From positions 44,392,001 to 44,456,000 of the forward strand of contig OZ116698.1 in assembly GCA_964199315.1 (NCBI GenBank): 64,000 nucleotides of DNA, read 5' to 3'. Shown here in pieces: positions 23,101-34,500 of this stretch (position 1 is the stretch's first letter; the number at the start of each line of letters is the position of its first letter). This DNA comes from Orbicella franksi. Its lineage: Eukaryota. Made by a program: the position numbers and the translations under genes. Below the pieces are notes generated by a model. That model was not told the origin of the DNA. It saw nothing but the letters and a program-made list of their open reading frames with translations, and did not search any database.

Positions 23101-25339
23101 GCTGTAAGATACCTGCACTGCAGAATGCATTTTATTGAAAACGGCTGGAAAACTCAAAACTAAAGCTCTAAAAAAATAACATGATGTGTCTAAGTCGCTC
23201 AGTCAATCGTATGATTCGCAGTTTAATTCATAGACCAAGTGGTTGCTCCAAAACATCACAGTCGTTACTCGACGAGAATTAAGACCTTAAACCTTTAAGT
23301 CCATTCAATCTTTGTAAGAATGCAACAGGCTTGTGTAAAATGCCAATTCCGCCCATTTTTTTTTTTTTTCAATTGTTGGCACAGGGTCTTAAACCTGCAC
23401 GCCTTAAAGATTTGATTTTCGAATTAATAACTCATTAATATTTTGAAAATAAACAATGTATACCGACTTGTATAAATTATATTGGAACAAGAGCACATAC
23501 TCCGTAAATATTTTAAGCGTGTCATTCTTCAAACTAACCGAAAATCTCACACTGAAATTAATATTCTGTCTAATTCACACCGTTCGTTCGACAGCGCTGA
23601 AGTAAGGCAATACTAAATATCATGGCAGTGTAACGGGGACCAAGCATTAACGTCGAACTGACCGTCTCTCAGTACTGTCATATCGCAAGTTGTTACATCA
23701 CTGTTACGTTTCAGTCGCCGGTAGTGACTTTTAATGATGCGACAATTTACTATATGAACACTTTTTTCATAAACAACTCAGTATACAGAACTTCAACTCA
23801 ACCCAAGACCAGAACTGATATTCGGAAACGATCCAGTTCTTATAACATCAGGGTCTTGGAGTTGAGACGCGGTTTCAAGAGGCCAAAACTGGCCGCAAAG
23901 CAAATTTTAATCGACTTCACTGGAACATCTTCAGCTTCATTCCTGACACAAGAAACCCTCCATTCGGGGACTTACCTTTCAAGATTTCCTTTCAGAAACT
24001 TACATTGGTCCTCGTACGTTTTTTCCAATGATTATTCCAGAGAAAACTCTTATATTCCAGGTACAACCACCATTCAAACGGGAAAATATCTCGGAATACT
24101 CGGTCGTGACTCAGGCCAAGACCGATTTGGCACGTTATCTCATTTTCATTAAGTTAGAGATAAGACTGAACCAAATCACGTGACACAAGTCTGTCGTCAC
24201 TCGTCTCGATAGGTTTCCATTAATAACCGCTAGTGTATCGAAATCGCACGAATCAAGTGATGACCTGGTGGCAGCAAAAAGGATTTACTTCTTCATTCAG
24301 ATGCCAAAGATCAAAAAAAAAAAAATTAAAAAGCAAACGAAATAACAACTTTTAGACCAAATTCGTGATTTAGTAAAGATGCCAGCGTATAAAGATTACA
24401 CAGAAGACAGATCTTTATCTTAATGGCTTGTTCCTGTTCGCATTGAATACTTCCAACTTGCATTTTTGCCTGTGGTGTTTTCTTTCTATGTTGAAACAAC
24501 ACTCCAGAGGTCAGCATATGGTAATCTCTGATTTAGAGCTCCTGACAAAATAAAGCATTAGATAAGAATACCCTGTCAAAGAGCCGTGGTGTAGTTACTC
24601 GAACTTAGAGGATTGCCTCGATGGATAATAATCCGCGTACGTTGGAAAGCAGGAGAGGAATGTTGATCAGATGAGATAAAGCTTTCATGTGGAATCGTCA
24701 CGGAAAACTCCTCCCCGAGGAGATGATAATCCTACGATAAAAAGACCCATTGATTCAAACTATGCCTGGAAGAGTCGTTTTATGGGCGTATTATTTGTGT
24801 CTATGATTCACACTGACGTGGAAGAAAACCTCATGAAAAACAAAACCATTACACTAAAGCATGCAGTTTTAATACTGTTTGAAGAGCAACTGAGATCAGG
24901 AGGAGTAACTTAAGCTGTAATTAATTTGGTTGTTTGGGAAACGCAGGAAACGATTCATAGGTATCAGGAAACTATTAATTTTGTGATGTGGACCTTATGT
25001 AGTTATATGCTTCACTTTGGTATACCGACGTACTACAGAGTGGATCCATGTCGCCCCGTGGACAACGAACACAAACGAAGATAACGTAACGTCTGCACTT
25101 TAGTCAGCAACTACAAAGAAGCCTTTAAACCAAAAAGTTTTATCTCCCCAGCCACTCTACGAGCACCATAATTGTTGTTGGTATTTCTCTCCATCAAAGC
25201 AACACATCTAAGTCTTTCAACTCGTTACCTTGGCCCCCATGATATTAATTAACGGTTGTCATTGAAATAATTAATTCATGCATTTCTGTTGCTATGGTCC
25301 CTCCGTCAACGAAACCCTATGCCCCCACTCCCCCACTCC

Positions 25340-25410
25340 TGACTTTGCTCTGTCGAAAGGCTAATACTCGAAACGTCAGCCTCACGAACTCGCTATGGCG
25401 GTAAATTTCA
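25340..25410 (+). mobile_element. Degenerate Penelope-like tail with a decayed hammerhead
   Basis: GCT CTGTCGA AAGGCTAATACTC GAAA CGT C AGC resembles the anthozoan Penelope tail as I recall it (CTGACGAAGGGCTAACGCTCGAAACGTCAGC). Core position A6 is changed to T. Confidence 0.6.
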
Positions 25411-26042
25411 AGAAGTGTTTTTATACGCAGCCCAACAGTTTCTATGGAAACTAACGCCTTTGTTCAGTCAAAGGGAAGCTTTACTCGGGTACCAACATTG
25501 CTTCATGGAACTATAATGTCATTAAATATGATTAAGTTGAAAGGTTATGTAGCTCGTGAGCATGAACTGTCGTGTTAATGAACTGTTGAATGCTTATACA
25601 ATCGTAACATTTGCTCGACCAATTAAATCAGAACATGACAAGGTTACTGTGTTGAATTAGTGAGGGTGACATCAATAAATGAGGGTAACATTTCACTGTA
25701 GTTGCCAAGCTGTGGCGTTTTCCATTTTCCCAAACAACTAGTGCATATTTGAAATATGATGAGTAAAAAGATGGCAATCAAAATTCACAAAATTCAAAAG
25801 TAGACCTGACTGGCTGCAAATTGCAATCTATCAAGAGCAGAGATTAGTGAAAGTGATATTGCTGATAACAATGCACAAGTTATTTGAAAATCGAATTGTG
25901 GGTTCTGAATGTTTACATTGCAATCTAGTCGTTTTCATATAATATGTCGAATTATTCTCGCACTTTGATGGTTCTTACTTATGATAATCAATTGGAGGAT
26001 AGACGCATATATGACCTCACAATGTTATTTCTTTCTTATATG

Positions 26043-26235
26043 AAACAAATAGATTCCACGTTGCCTTGCGTCTGTTCAGTAATAGATCACAGAAACGTCA
26101 AAAAGTGCAAGGAACATCGGTGAGTCCTCTTGTGTTCCACGTTTTTGTTCCTAAACTCACTTCTTACCACACTTTGACGTAATCTGTGATGAATGACTAA
26201 ACATACACAGGGCAAAATGGAATCTACTTGTTAAA
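26043..26235. mobile_element. Degenerate palindromic MITE
   Basis: AACAAATAGATTCCA...GATCACAGA..CGTCAAA is mirrored by TTTGACGTAATCTGTGAT...TGGAATCTACTTGTT. Confidence 0.7.
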
Positions 26236-29200
26236 CCCTTTCAAATAAAATCAAGAGTGTAGTTGTCAAAATCAATATCTCCATTCAAATCAGCGAAAGG
26301 TACTATGGAGTTCTTCAACTTGCTTCCCTTTGTTTTCAAGGAAAAGAAAATCACTTTATATTCTATTTTCAATTTTGACTTTCGTTCTTCAGTGCAATTG
26401 CAGGTGTGTGTTGTTTACCCGTCTCTGCGACTTAACGACAAACATTCTGCTGTTGTTGTCTATTTCGTCTTTAAATATGCAAAGCAGCCTCTTAAGTGTC
26501 CAGCATGAAGAAGGACAAGTGTCGAGTTTTTGCCACAGTTCATATTTACAGTGCCAAGAATGCACAGTGTCTCAAATATGTTCGATACGGTACGTGGCGT
26601 GTGTCCAGTTCTTACAAAGCAAAGCTCTCTTGTGCTGCTAAGAAACCTGATAATCGGGCTTAGTTTAACGAATCAACTGACATAAGACAGTGAAAAAGAA
26701 TCCAGCCTCGGGTTAGTCGCAGCCAAGATGCGAGACAACTCATGTCTTGGTACCGTAAAAGCACGATGAGCATAATTATTCAGGGCAGAATTCTTGTCCC
26801 GCCTCTTTTCTCATTACTGTCTCAAACTGTCTTGTCAAAGCAGAGTTGTTACGGTCGGAATTTGTGTAAATTCCTGGTTAATAACAGGCTAATGACACGG
26901 TTGTACGATAAGCTGCAGTAGAGATGAAGATTGATTTTTGGTGGAATAAAGCAATTAGTTTTATTCGCAAACGTGCTTAACTCTCTGTTAATTAACTACC
27001 TTTTAATTTTGGTTCAATCTCTTTAGAACAGGAACATGTTAAGGTAGACAATGGAATCCACTTTTCATATTTCGCTGAAAGACGAATGCAAAAATAGCTC
27101 ATAGTTGTCTCCATCTAAGGTCTTTTCTGAGGTCGCGCTTAAGGTCACATGATGATGATGGCCGAAACAATGTGTCACAAATAACATACTGTCACATCAT
27201 CATTAATTTTTTTAAACTCATGCCCAAGGGCACATGGAATCGTGCCACTACATTACTATCAAGTAGCGCTTAATGTAGTGCTTCACTTCCTGTGGTTAAT
27301 ACACGTTCTTTCTGATCTGCAGCCCAACGTTAAGCCGCCATGAGAGATTTTTTTTCATGAAAACGCAGACATTCTCGAAACTTCAAGATAATCAGACATG
27401 GTATGGTTACTCCTACATGATTTGGAATAGCTGACATTTCCTGGATTCCTTGCAGCTCTGGTTAGTCTGTTTAGCTATGTCTAGTCTCAAATCTCATTGT
27501 AGGTTTACTACAGTTCCAAAATTGATAAACAAGGCACTTCAATCCCACATCCTATTCAAGGCTGTAATCACAACGTTTTGTTTACTCAGTTCATTAAGCA
27601 GGTAGACATCGAGTTTGTACGAATTTCGTTTGGGTTTAAAACTTATCTTTAATTTACGATTATGTAAAATATATACATAACATTTTAAGCGCGCGGCGCG
27701 GTAGGTCTCATTTGTACATATATCACGCTATCACGCAAAAGTCGTTCCCTTCCCTCCTTTATGTTCCTCAAAACCAACATTAGCACGGTGCAAAAAAGAA
27801 TACACTAACTCTTAACTGGTGTGAAAGTAAAAATTGCCTGAATATCTGGTATAAGAAAACAAATTATATTTGCAAGTCAAATCCTTCCTTTGTAAAAGCG
27901 CACCTACATAACAATGAAGGATGAATATTTACATACATACATACATACATACTTTATTGTTACCTCCCCAATGGGGCTTTTCAGGAACAATTACTTAAAT
28001 TACTAAATTTGTTTGTAATAGAAAGATGCTGCAAGGTGTAGAGACAGAGAAAAATGGATTTTCGGCTGTGTTTACACATGCACTCAAACGTAAAGCAAGT
28101 AAACAAAGACTTACCAAGTTAGTAGTGTACAGTCGACTTGAGCGATAGGATAAATTCTTCTCGGTAATGACAGATCCTCTTGAGACGTTTTGCAAGAGGA
28201 GACCAGCTGCAAGAAAAACACGCCAAATTCTGAAATTGCAACGTAAATGAATGAAGAGGTTTTCTTTTTACAAATGTTCAGCTAATAAGTCTCGGCCTCT
28301 TGTGAACATGGCAAGACAAGTTATCACATCTGAAACGTCCCGGAAACAGATCATTCAACAATTGCACGCTATCATCTTTATTCTTTGTTGTCTGGGTTAT
28401 ATCGCGTTATGTCACGATCGATGGTTCTAGAAAATAACAACTTCTGAAATAAGCTGCAAGATATGGGAATTACTTTATAGTCATGGTGGTTCAAAGCTCA
28501 GACAATCTTACAGTTAAGTGCTGAAAATTGAAAAATAAACTACAAAAGTTGAGCCTTCGTATGGACTGAATAAATACGACTAACCTAGTTAGAAAAAAAT
28601 GAGTTATGTAATTATGGTATTTGAGGCATGATGCGAGTAGTCGAAAGCCATAGGCACACCTGAAAATGTCAGAGTCTACTGAACTTGTTGTAGTTTTAAT
28701 GTTAAAACATTTATTAGTAGCAAGGTCATATGGTTTAATTTGATTTGATTGTCTTCGATGGTCGATTTTCGAGGTTGATGGTCGATTTTCAGCATGCAGC
28801 ATTAAGGCTTATACCAAACAAACAACTGAGGAGCAAGCGAACAAACAAATCAATAAACAAACAAACTGTGCGTCGCAAGTTATATTGAAATAGTTTTGAC
28901 GATTTCCTCCAGATTCCGAGCAACTTACTCAGTTTCCAATTTCCGTTAAAAAGACAATATGACCTTGTAATGAACGGATGATACTGTCTCGAGATTCTAA
29001 ATCCGGCTTTGTGACATTGTCAAAGTTTATACACATATAATGTGTGACCTTCCTTGTTAAGAAAATGAGACTTCAAGTGCTCCAAGTTATAAAAAACTTA
29101 AAATACGGGGCCACTTGTTCAAATATAAAAATAACAGACCAAATCAAAACGTGCTGGCGGAAGTTTCACATTGTTCCAATGATATAATGAGTTCTTCCTT

Positions 29201-31240
29201 TTTTCCTGCGAGACTCCGCCGAACTGAAGTAATCGCCTTACACATACCTATTTTTGGACTGAATTACCAAGAGGCAACACACGCCCAACTTTTCAACTCG
29301 TCTGTCAGTCTGCTGCTCTCTCTCACTTCACGAGGAAGCAGCCATCCTTTTTAAACAACACAATGAAAGCTTCACTATTAACGCGAACACAACAAGCCAG
29401 TTGAATTCCAAGGTATGGTCACAATCACAGACATGGGTACACAGACGATACCCCTCTGTCGTTAAAAGATGCCGACCCCACGAGAAATAACTGAATACAT
29501 TTCTGACACGCAAATAAAACATCTGATGTCGTCATGATTCGATTAATCTTCAAAACGTTGCGCGATGAAAAAGATCCTTTGTATGTGAAGGACTCAGTCC
29601 TAAAATAGCAGTTTCCACTGATAACGAGAATAAATATAAGTCCCCGAGATAGGAAACAACAACAAATTTAAATTCACTGCAAATTAGTCAGTCTTTATAT
29701 AGATAACTTTATTGTTGATAGTATCTTTCATAACATAAAAAAGAAACTATTTTTGCTGTTTTGTAACATAAAAATTCTCCTTCACAGAGGATTTTCCATA
29801 CGAGGAGCCGGATGCAGAGGTTGAATGCCACAACGCAAGAATCATGCAGCCAATAGTTTAAGTCAAAATAGAACAACTCCTTTTTGTCATTCCTATATGC
29901 TAGAAATCCCAAAAGAGTAAACAACTTCACTACCAAGACGTAGCCGATATAATTATTATGGTTATGCGGTCAGATCAATGGTTCTTGTTTTACATATATT
30001 CTATACAGGTGGCCAAGTGAATTACGTCGCGACGCTGCAAAAGTCGCAAAACGATAAGTCGCAAAACAATAAAGAATCCGTACACTTGAGTGAAAAGGAT
30101 TTGCGAAGAAGATTTGAATTACATAGCTGTATTAATGCATTGCATTTAGGAATAGTCCAAGAGTATATCAATTTACATGTCAACAAAAGTACAACTAAAG
30201 GTGTACCCCAACGAGAGCAGAACAGTCTGAGAGGAGAACAGCCTGAAAACAAACTATGAAAGCCGTGTGAGTTATTCTTACAAGACAGTTAAGGTTTCTT
30301 CTACTCATTTTGAATGGAGGGCCGCTCTAGACAGGACTATGAAAATTGAATGAGAAGGAATAGGATTTTCACCTTAAGATGACTATATGACCCTGGTCGT
30401 GAGTGAGGACAGTCTGTTAAACTACAGCCTCGTTAGAGATGATGCTACATCGCAAAACAAAAGTGACCTTTGTCCAGAACACCTCTTTTAAGTATGAAAA
30501 CCATTTAATGCCTCAATGGGATCACTCTAGAGAGGTCAGCAAATTACATGCTCAGTCGTGGTTACCACGTTTTTAATCATTCACTGCTATCGATCTTCTT
30601 TCAGGCTTTATAGTGACTGAAACACGGATTATTTAGTTTTCAATTTCGACACACTAGGTTGTAGTACTATAATTTAGGAGCTGTAAGATGGCGCATATTG
30701 GGATACTTTCCCTAAGTATTTCAAACTTGTCTTTCATAGGGCATCTCAATCATGAAAAATCCTTGTTACTTTTGTATAATTATTATTTGTTAACTAATTT
30801 TTCTTCGCAACCTTTTATTTTGAGTTGTGAAAGAACCTTTTGTTCATAGCGTGACATCGTTTCTTTAAGTGGCTTAATGAAAGCAGATAAGATGGGGAGT
30901 TCTACCTGTGAGGCAAATAACCATAGTCTCAACCCCTAAATATCATGTCGGCGTGTGCTTAACTTGATTTAATTAAAATTATTGTTTTCGTCAATTCCTA
31001 TTATGTCTTAAAAACGTGATCGACTTAAAGATGAGGAATGTGAAGCTAGAGTGACGTCAAATGGTCACGTGAATATAAACAGATTATGGCCACAACTATA
31101 CTACGCATGCGCCTCACAAACGAAGCAGATGGATCCAGATGAAACGTAGAGTTAAAAGTTTAGAACTGAACTTCGTGTGAAGATTGATGAAGCAATGAAT
31201 GATCATTTTTACACTGAAAAGAAAGATATGCGAAGATTGA

Positions 31241-31537
31241 GGGAGGCGCGGCGGCCTCATGGTTAGTACGCTCGTCTACGGATCGAGCGGTCCGGGTTCG
31301 AGCCCTAGCCGGGGACATTGTGTTGTGTTCTTGGGCAAGATACTTAACTCTCAAAGTGCTTCTCTCCACCAAGGTGTACAAATGGGTACCGGCGCAAGAA
31401 ATACTGGCGGTAACCCTGCGATGGACTAGCATCCCGTCCAGGGGGGAGTAGAAATACTCCTTATCACTTCATGCTACAGAAACAGGGATAAGCTCCGACC
31501 TGATGGGCTACTTGGCTGGTATGCAGACTTTACCTAC
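31241..31537 (+). mobile_element. Full-length tRNA-derived SINE with CORE-like central domain
   Basis: Pol III A box (GGCCTCATGGTTAG) and B box (GGGTTCGAGCCCT). Central CTTGGGCAAGATACTTAACTCTC...GTACAAATGGG resembles the MIR/CORE domain. 3' tail GGGATAAGCTCCG...GCAGACTTTACC. Confidence 0.88.
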
Positions 31538-34500
31538 GTGACGATTGAGATACGACGAATCGAGCATAACTTTCTTATAGTGCAAACAGGTTGTAATTCT
31601 TATACCGCTTATTGTTTGAAGTAATTATTTACTTATCCACTGCACCGCCTGGAAATGCAAAGAGAATTAGAATATATTGGTATAATTTGGTTATAAACAG
31701 GTAGCATAATTTTTCTTTTTATCAAACAGGTAGTATAATTTTCACTGTTCGTCTGGTGGGAGGAACCACAAAAAATATCAAGATTTTCCTCTAAATTCTA
31801 TTTCAACAGCTTCATCATTCAGCCCAAAAATCAAATCCAGTCCCACCTCTTCTTTTCTATGTAACGATCTTGAAGCGCAAACTAGCGACCGATTTTATTT
31901 TTGTAGGCAATTTTTTTTAAAAGCACATCCGGAAAATCAAGCTGAGTCAACAAGATTAAGTTTAGAATCTAATTTGCTAAAAAGTTTGGTTTGGCGATCT
32001 GTCAGTGACACCCATGCCTAGAAGCATACTAACTCTCAATACTGTTTGTTAGATGATGATTACAAACGTTTCTTTTAAAAGTAACTTGTGAGAATTTGAA
32101 GGTACATCAAAACAATTTGTTTAATTTGACGATTTCCCTTAATTAGTCTTCACTGAGGTGGCTTCAAGGTATTGATATCTCAAGGAAAAATAATCAGCTC
32201 ATCAAACAGTGATAAGATTAACCAGTAACAAATATATGGAAGACGAACTAGTTTAATCAGAAAACTCTTTTAAAGAAATCTTTGTACCTGATTAATTTCA
32301 CTCGTTTTATGAAAATAATATGTTGAATAATTCCGGTGGAAGAGACACTAGTAGTTTGTTCATTAGCAGGAAACAAATCCCAGTTCTTTTACTGTTTAAA
32401 CACAGGAAAATACTTGTTTGGTCAATAGCTGTTTAAAATTAAAGCCGTTGTTGACAATCCCAAAGTTTCTGTGATTCTCACCTATGATCGGGAAGCTGAA
32501 CGAAAACTTTTGTAACTCTATCAAAAATCGTTGGTATTGGATTTATGTGCCTTGACCACAAAATACAATTTTTCCAGTCCAGACAAACCACAGAAAATGT
32601 TAAAAATACACCAGAGGATTAACTAAAAAACACTATACCAGACGTGCGGCGACCTCTGTCGGCGGGAAAAGAAAAATAATGCGCCTCATAATGCACATCA
32701 TGGTTTCCTTCGCAGACTTTTAATCACCTTGACCTCGTGCAGCATGAAAGTCGCTACCGCAAATATTGTTTATTACTACTTCCCTAAAACTGCTACTGAG
32801 TTTGTACAGAGTTTGCACAGAGCATCAGTACCAAGTAGTAATACATAAACATACTGCCTTTTTAGGAATGAGGTTCAAAATTTAGGACAACCACCTTCAG
32901 TTTCTACAACATAATTGTCTAGACTACCTTATGAAAGTACCCTAGCTCCATAGCTCTCATTCCACGCAGGGGTGCACGTGTTTCATCCATATTCCCACAC
33001 ATTCAAGGAACTAAGTCAACTGGTCTGAAGGTTCAGTCATACAGAGAGCAAATCAATAGCCACTAACCTGCAAATTTCTCTGTAAGAACAACAGCTGATA
33101 GATGCACATGGAAACGTTTTAGTCTCTACAAAGATACAAATAAATATTTTGGTACTCAGGCTGAAAGAGCTGATCGTTTTGCAATCCCTATTTGCCAGAA
33201 CTAAACTGAGCGAGTCTCAGCAAGAAACAGAATAATGCTAAACGAGTATTGTAAGGATTAACCTATGGGCTTTTAAAAAAATTCGACTCAATTTTAGCTC
33301 AATTCTGATATCTTGTAGAAGTTATGAAACATTTGCTGTGCAAAACCAGACCAAGAGTATGTCAGTCATAGTCACACAGATATTGAAATCAAAAGAATCT
33401 GGAAGTACTTAAAACAACAAACGAAACCGCACGTGGAAAAACATAAAAACGTGTGTAAACAGGATGAAGCAAATCAGAACGCCCACTGAAGATTTAACCT
33501 TTCCCATTTTAGAATCCGGTTCACGTTAATCAGATTATGTATTTTCATATGCAAATAGCGACCATTTTTGCACGATTTTTTTGCTTTTTTGTTCTTAATT
33601 TCTGGGAAAAAAGACACGCAAGCAACTAAAATATAATGTCAAAAATAAACAGCTCAATAATCTGCTTACAAACTCATATGCACCATATCCAAAGGAAACA
33701 CACGAACTTAATCAGAATGAATAACAATTTAACATGAGCACGAATTTAAGTATAAAAATATCTGATAACTCGCATATGCTTTAAGACAATATTTTAAGTA
33801 ATTAAGAAGGGCTAACTCCGATATGATCCCTTTATTTATGTAAGGAATTTAACAGTTAAAGTTAAAGTTAAGTCTTTAAGGGTGGCCAGTATCATGTTAA
33901 CCACTCAGCTACCTAGAAACAACTAACAAAAGAAATTGAAACATGCAGTAAAGATCTCTGGAGTGATGGACTTACCACTGAAGAACTTTATCTTAGAATG
34001 TTTCAGAGTCTATTTATAATAAGAAAAAAAAGCCTGCCTCACTCGCCGTGTGTTGAAAAGGCCGACGTGCCTCTCTTGTCCCTTAACTTTCGAGTGGTTT
34101 TACCTGAACGAGCTGTCGTTACTGTCTTCAAAACAGTAAGGCTTTTCTCGTACGTTCTCTGACCGCAATCTATACTTTACTACCGGTAGCTTTTGAGCTC
34201 TTCACCACTTTGAAATAGTTTCATTTCCGATTTTTGACGTGACAGCATTGGCGGTGATGACCTCACCTACTTTGGTTGAAAGTTACCTCACGAACTCAAC
34301 ATACTGATGTAACAACGAGCAATAAAGGAACTATGAGTACTTTTGTTTATGTTGTGGCCAGTAAAAGGCATTCAAAGCATAGCGGAGCATTTCTGGTAAT
34401 TAGTACGTACATTTATCGTAAGGGTTCGTACTTCAAAGAGTTTTATCATGAGTCCAATACTCGTGAAATTGTATATCGTTTTCCTAACTTGTGACAAATT

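Noticed and set aside
23724-24152. 142-aa plus-strand ORF, the longest in the gap
   Set aside because: Starts at GTG, has no recognisable domain, no splice context linking it to other exons, and a composition like random sequence.
27145-27180. ATGATGA…GGCCGAAAC hammerhead-like string (also 54725-54750)
   Set aside because: Invariant C3 or other core bases are missing and stems II/III cannot form.
27247-27281. Hairpin CACTACATTA…TAATGTAGTG as a pre-miRNA
   Set aside because: Only ~35 nt with a 10-bp outer stem; too short.
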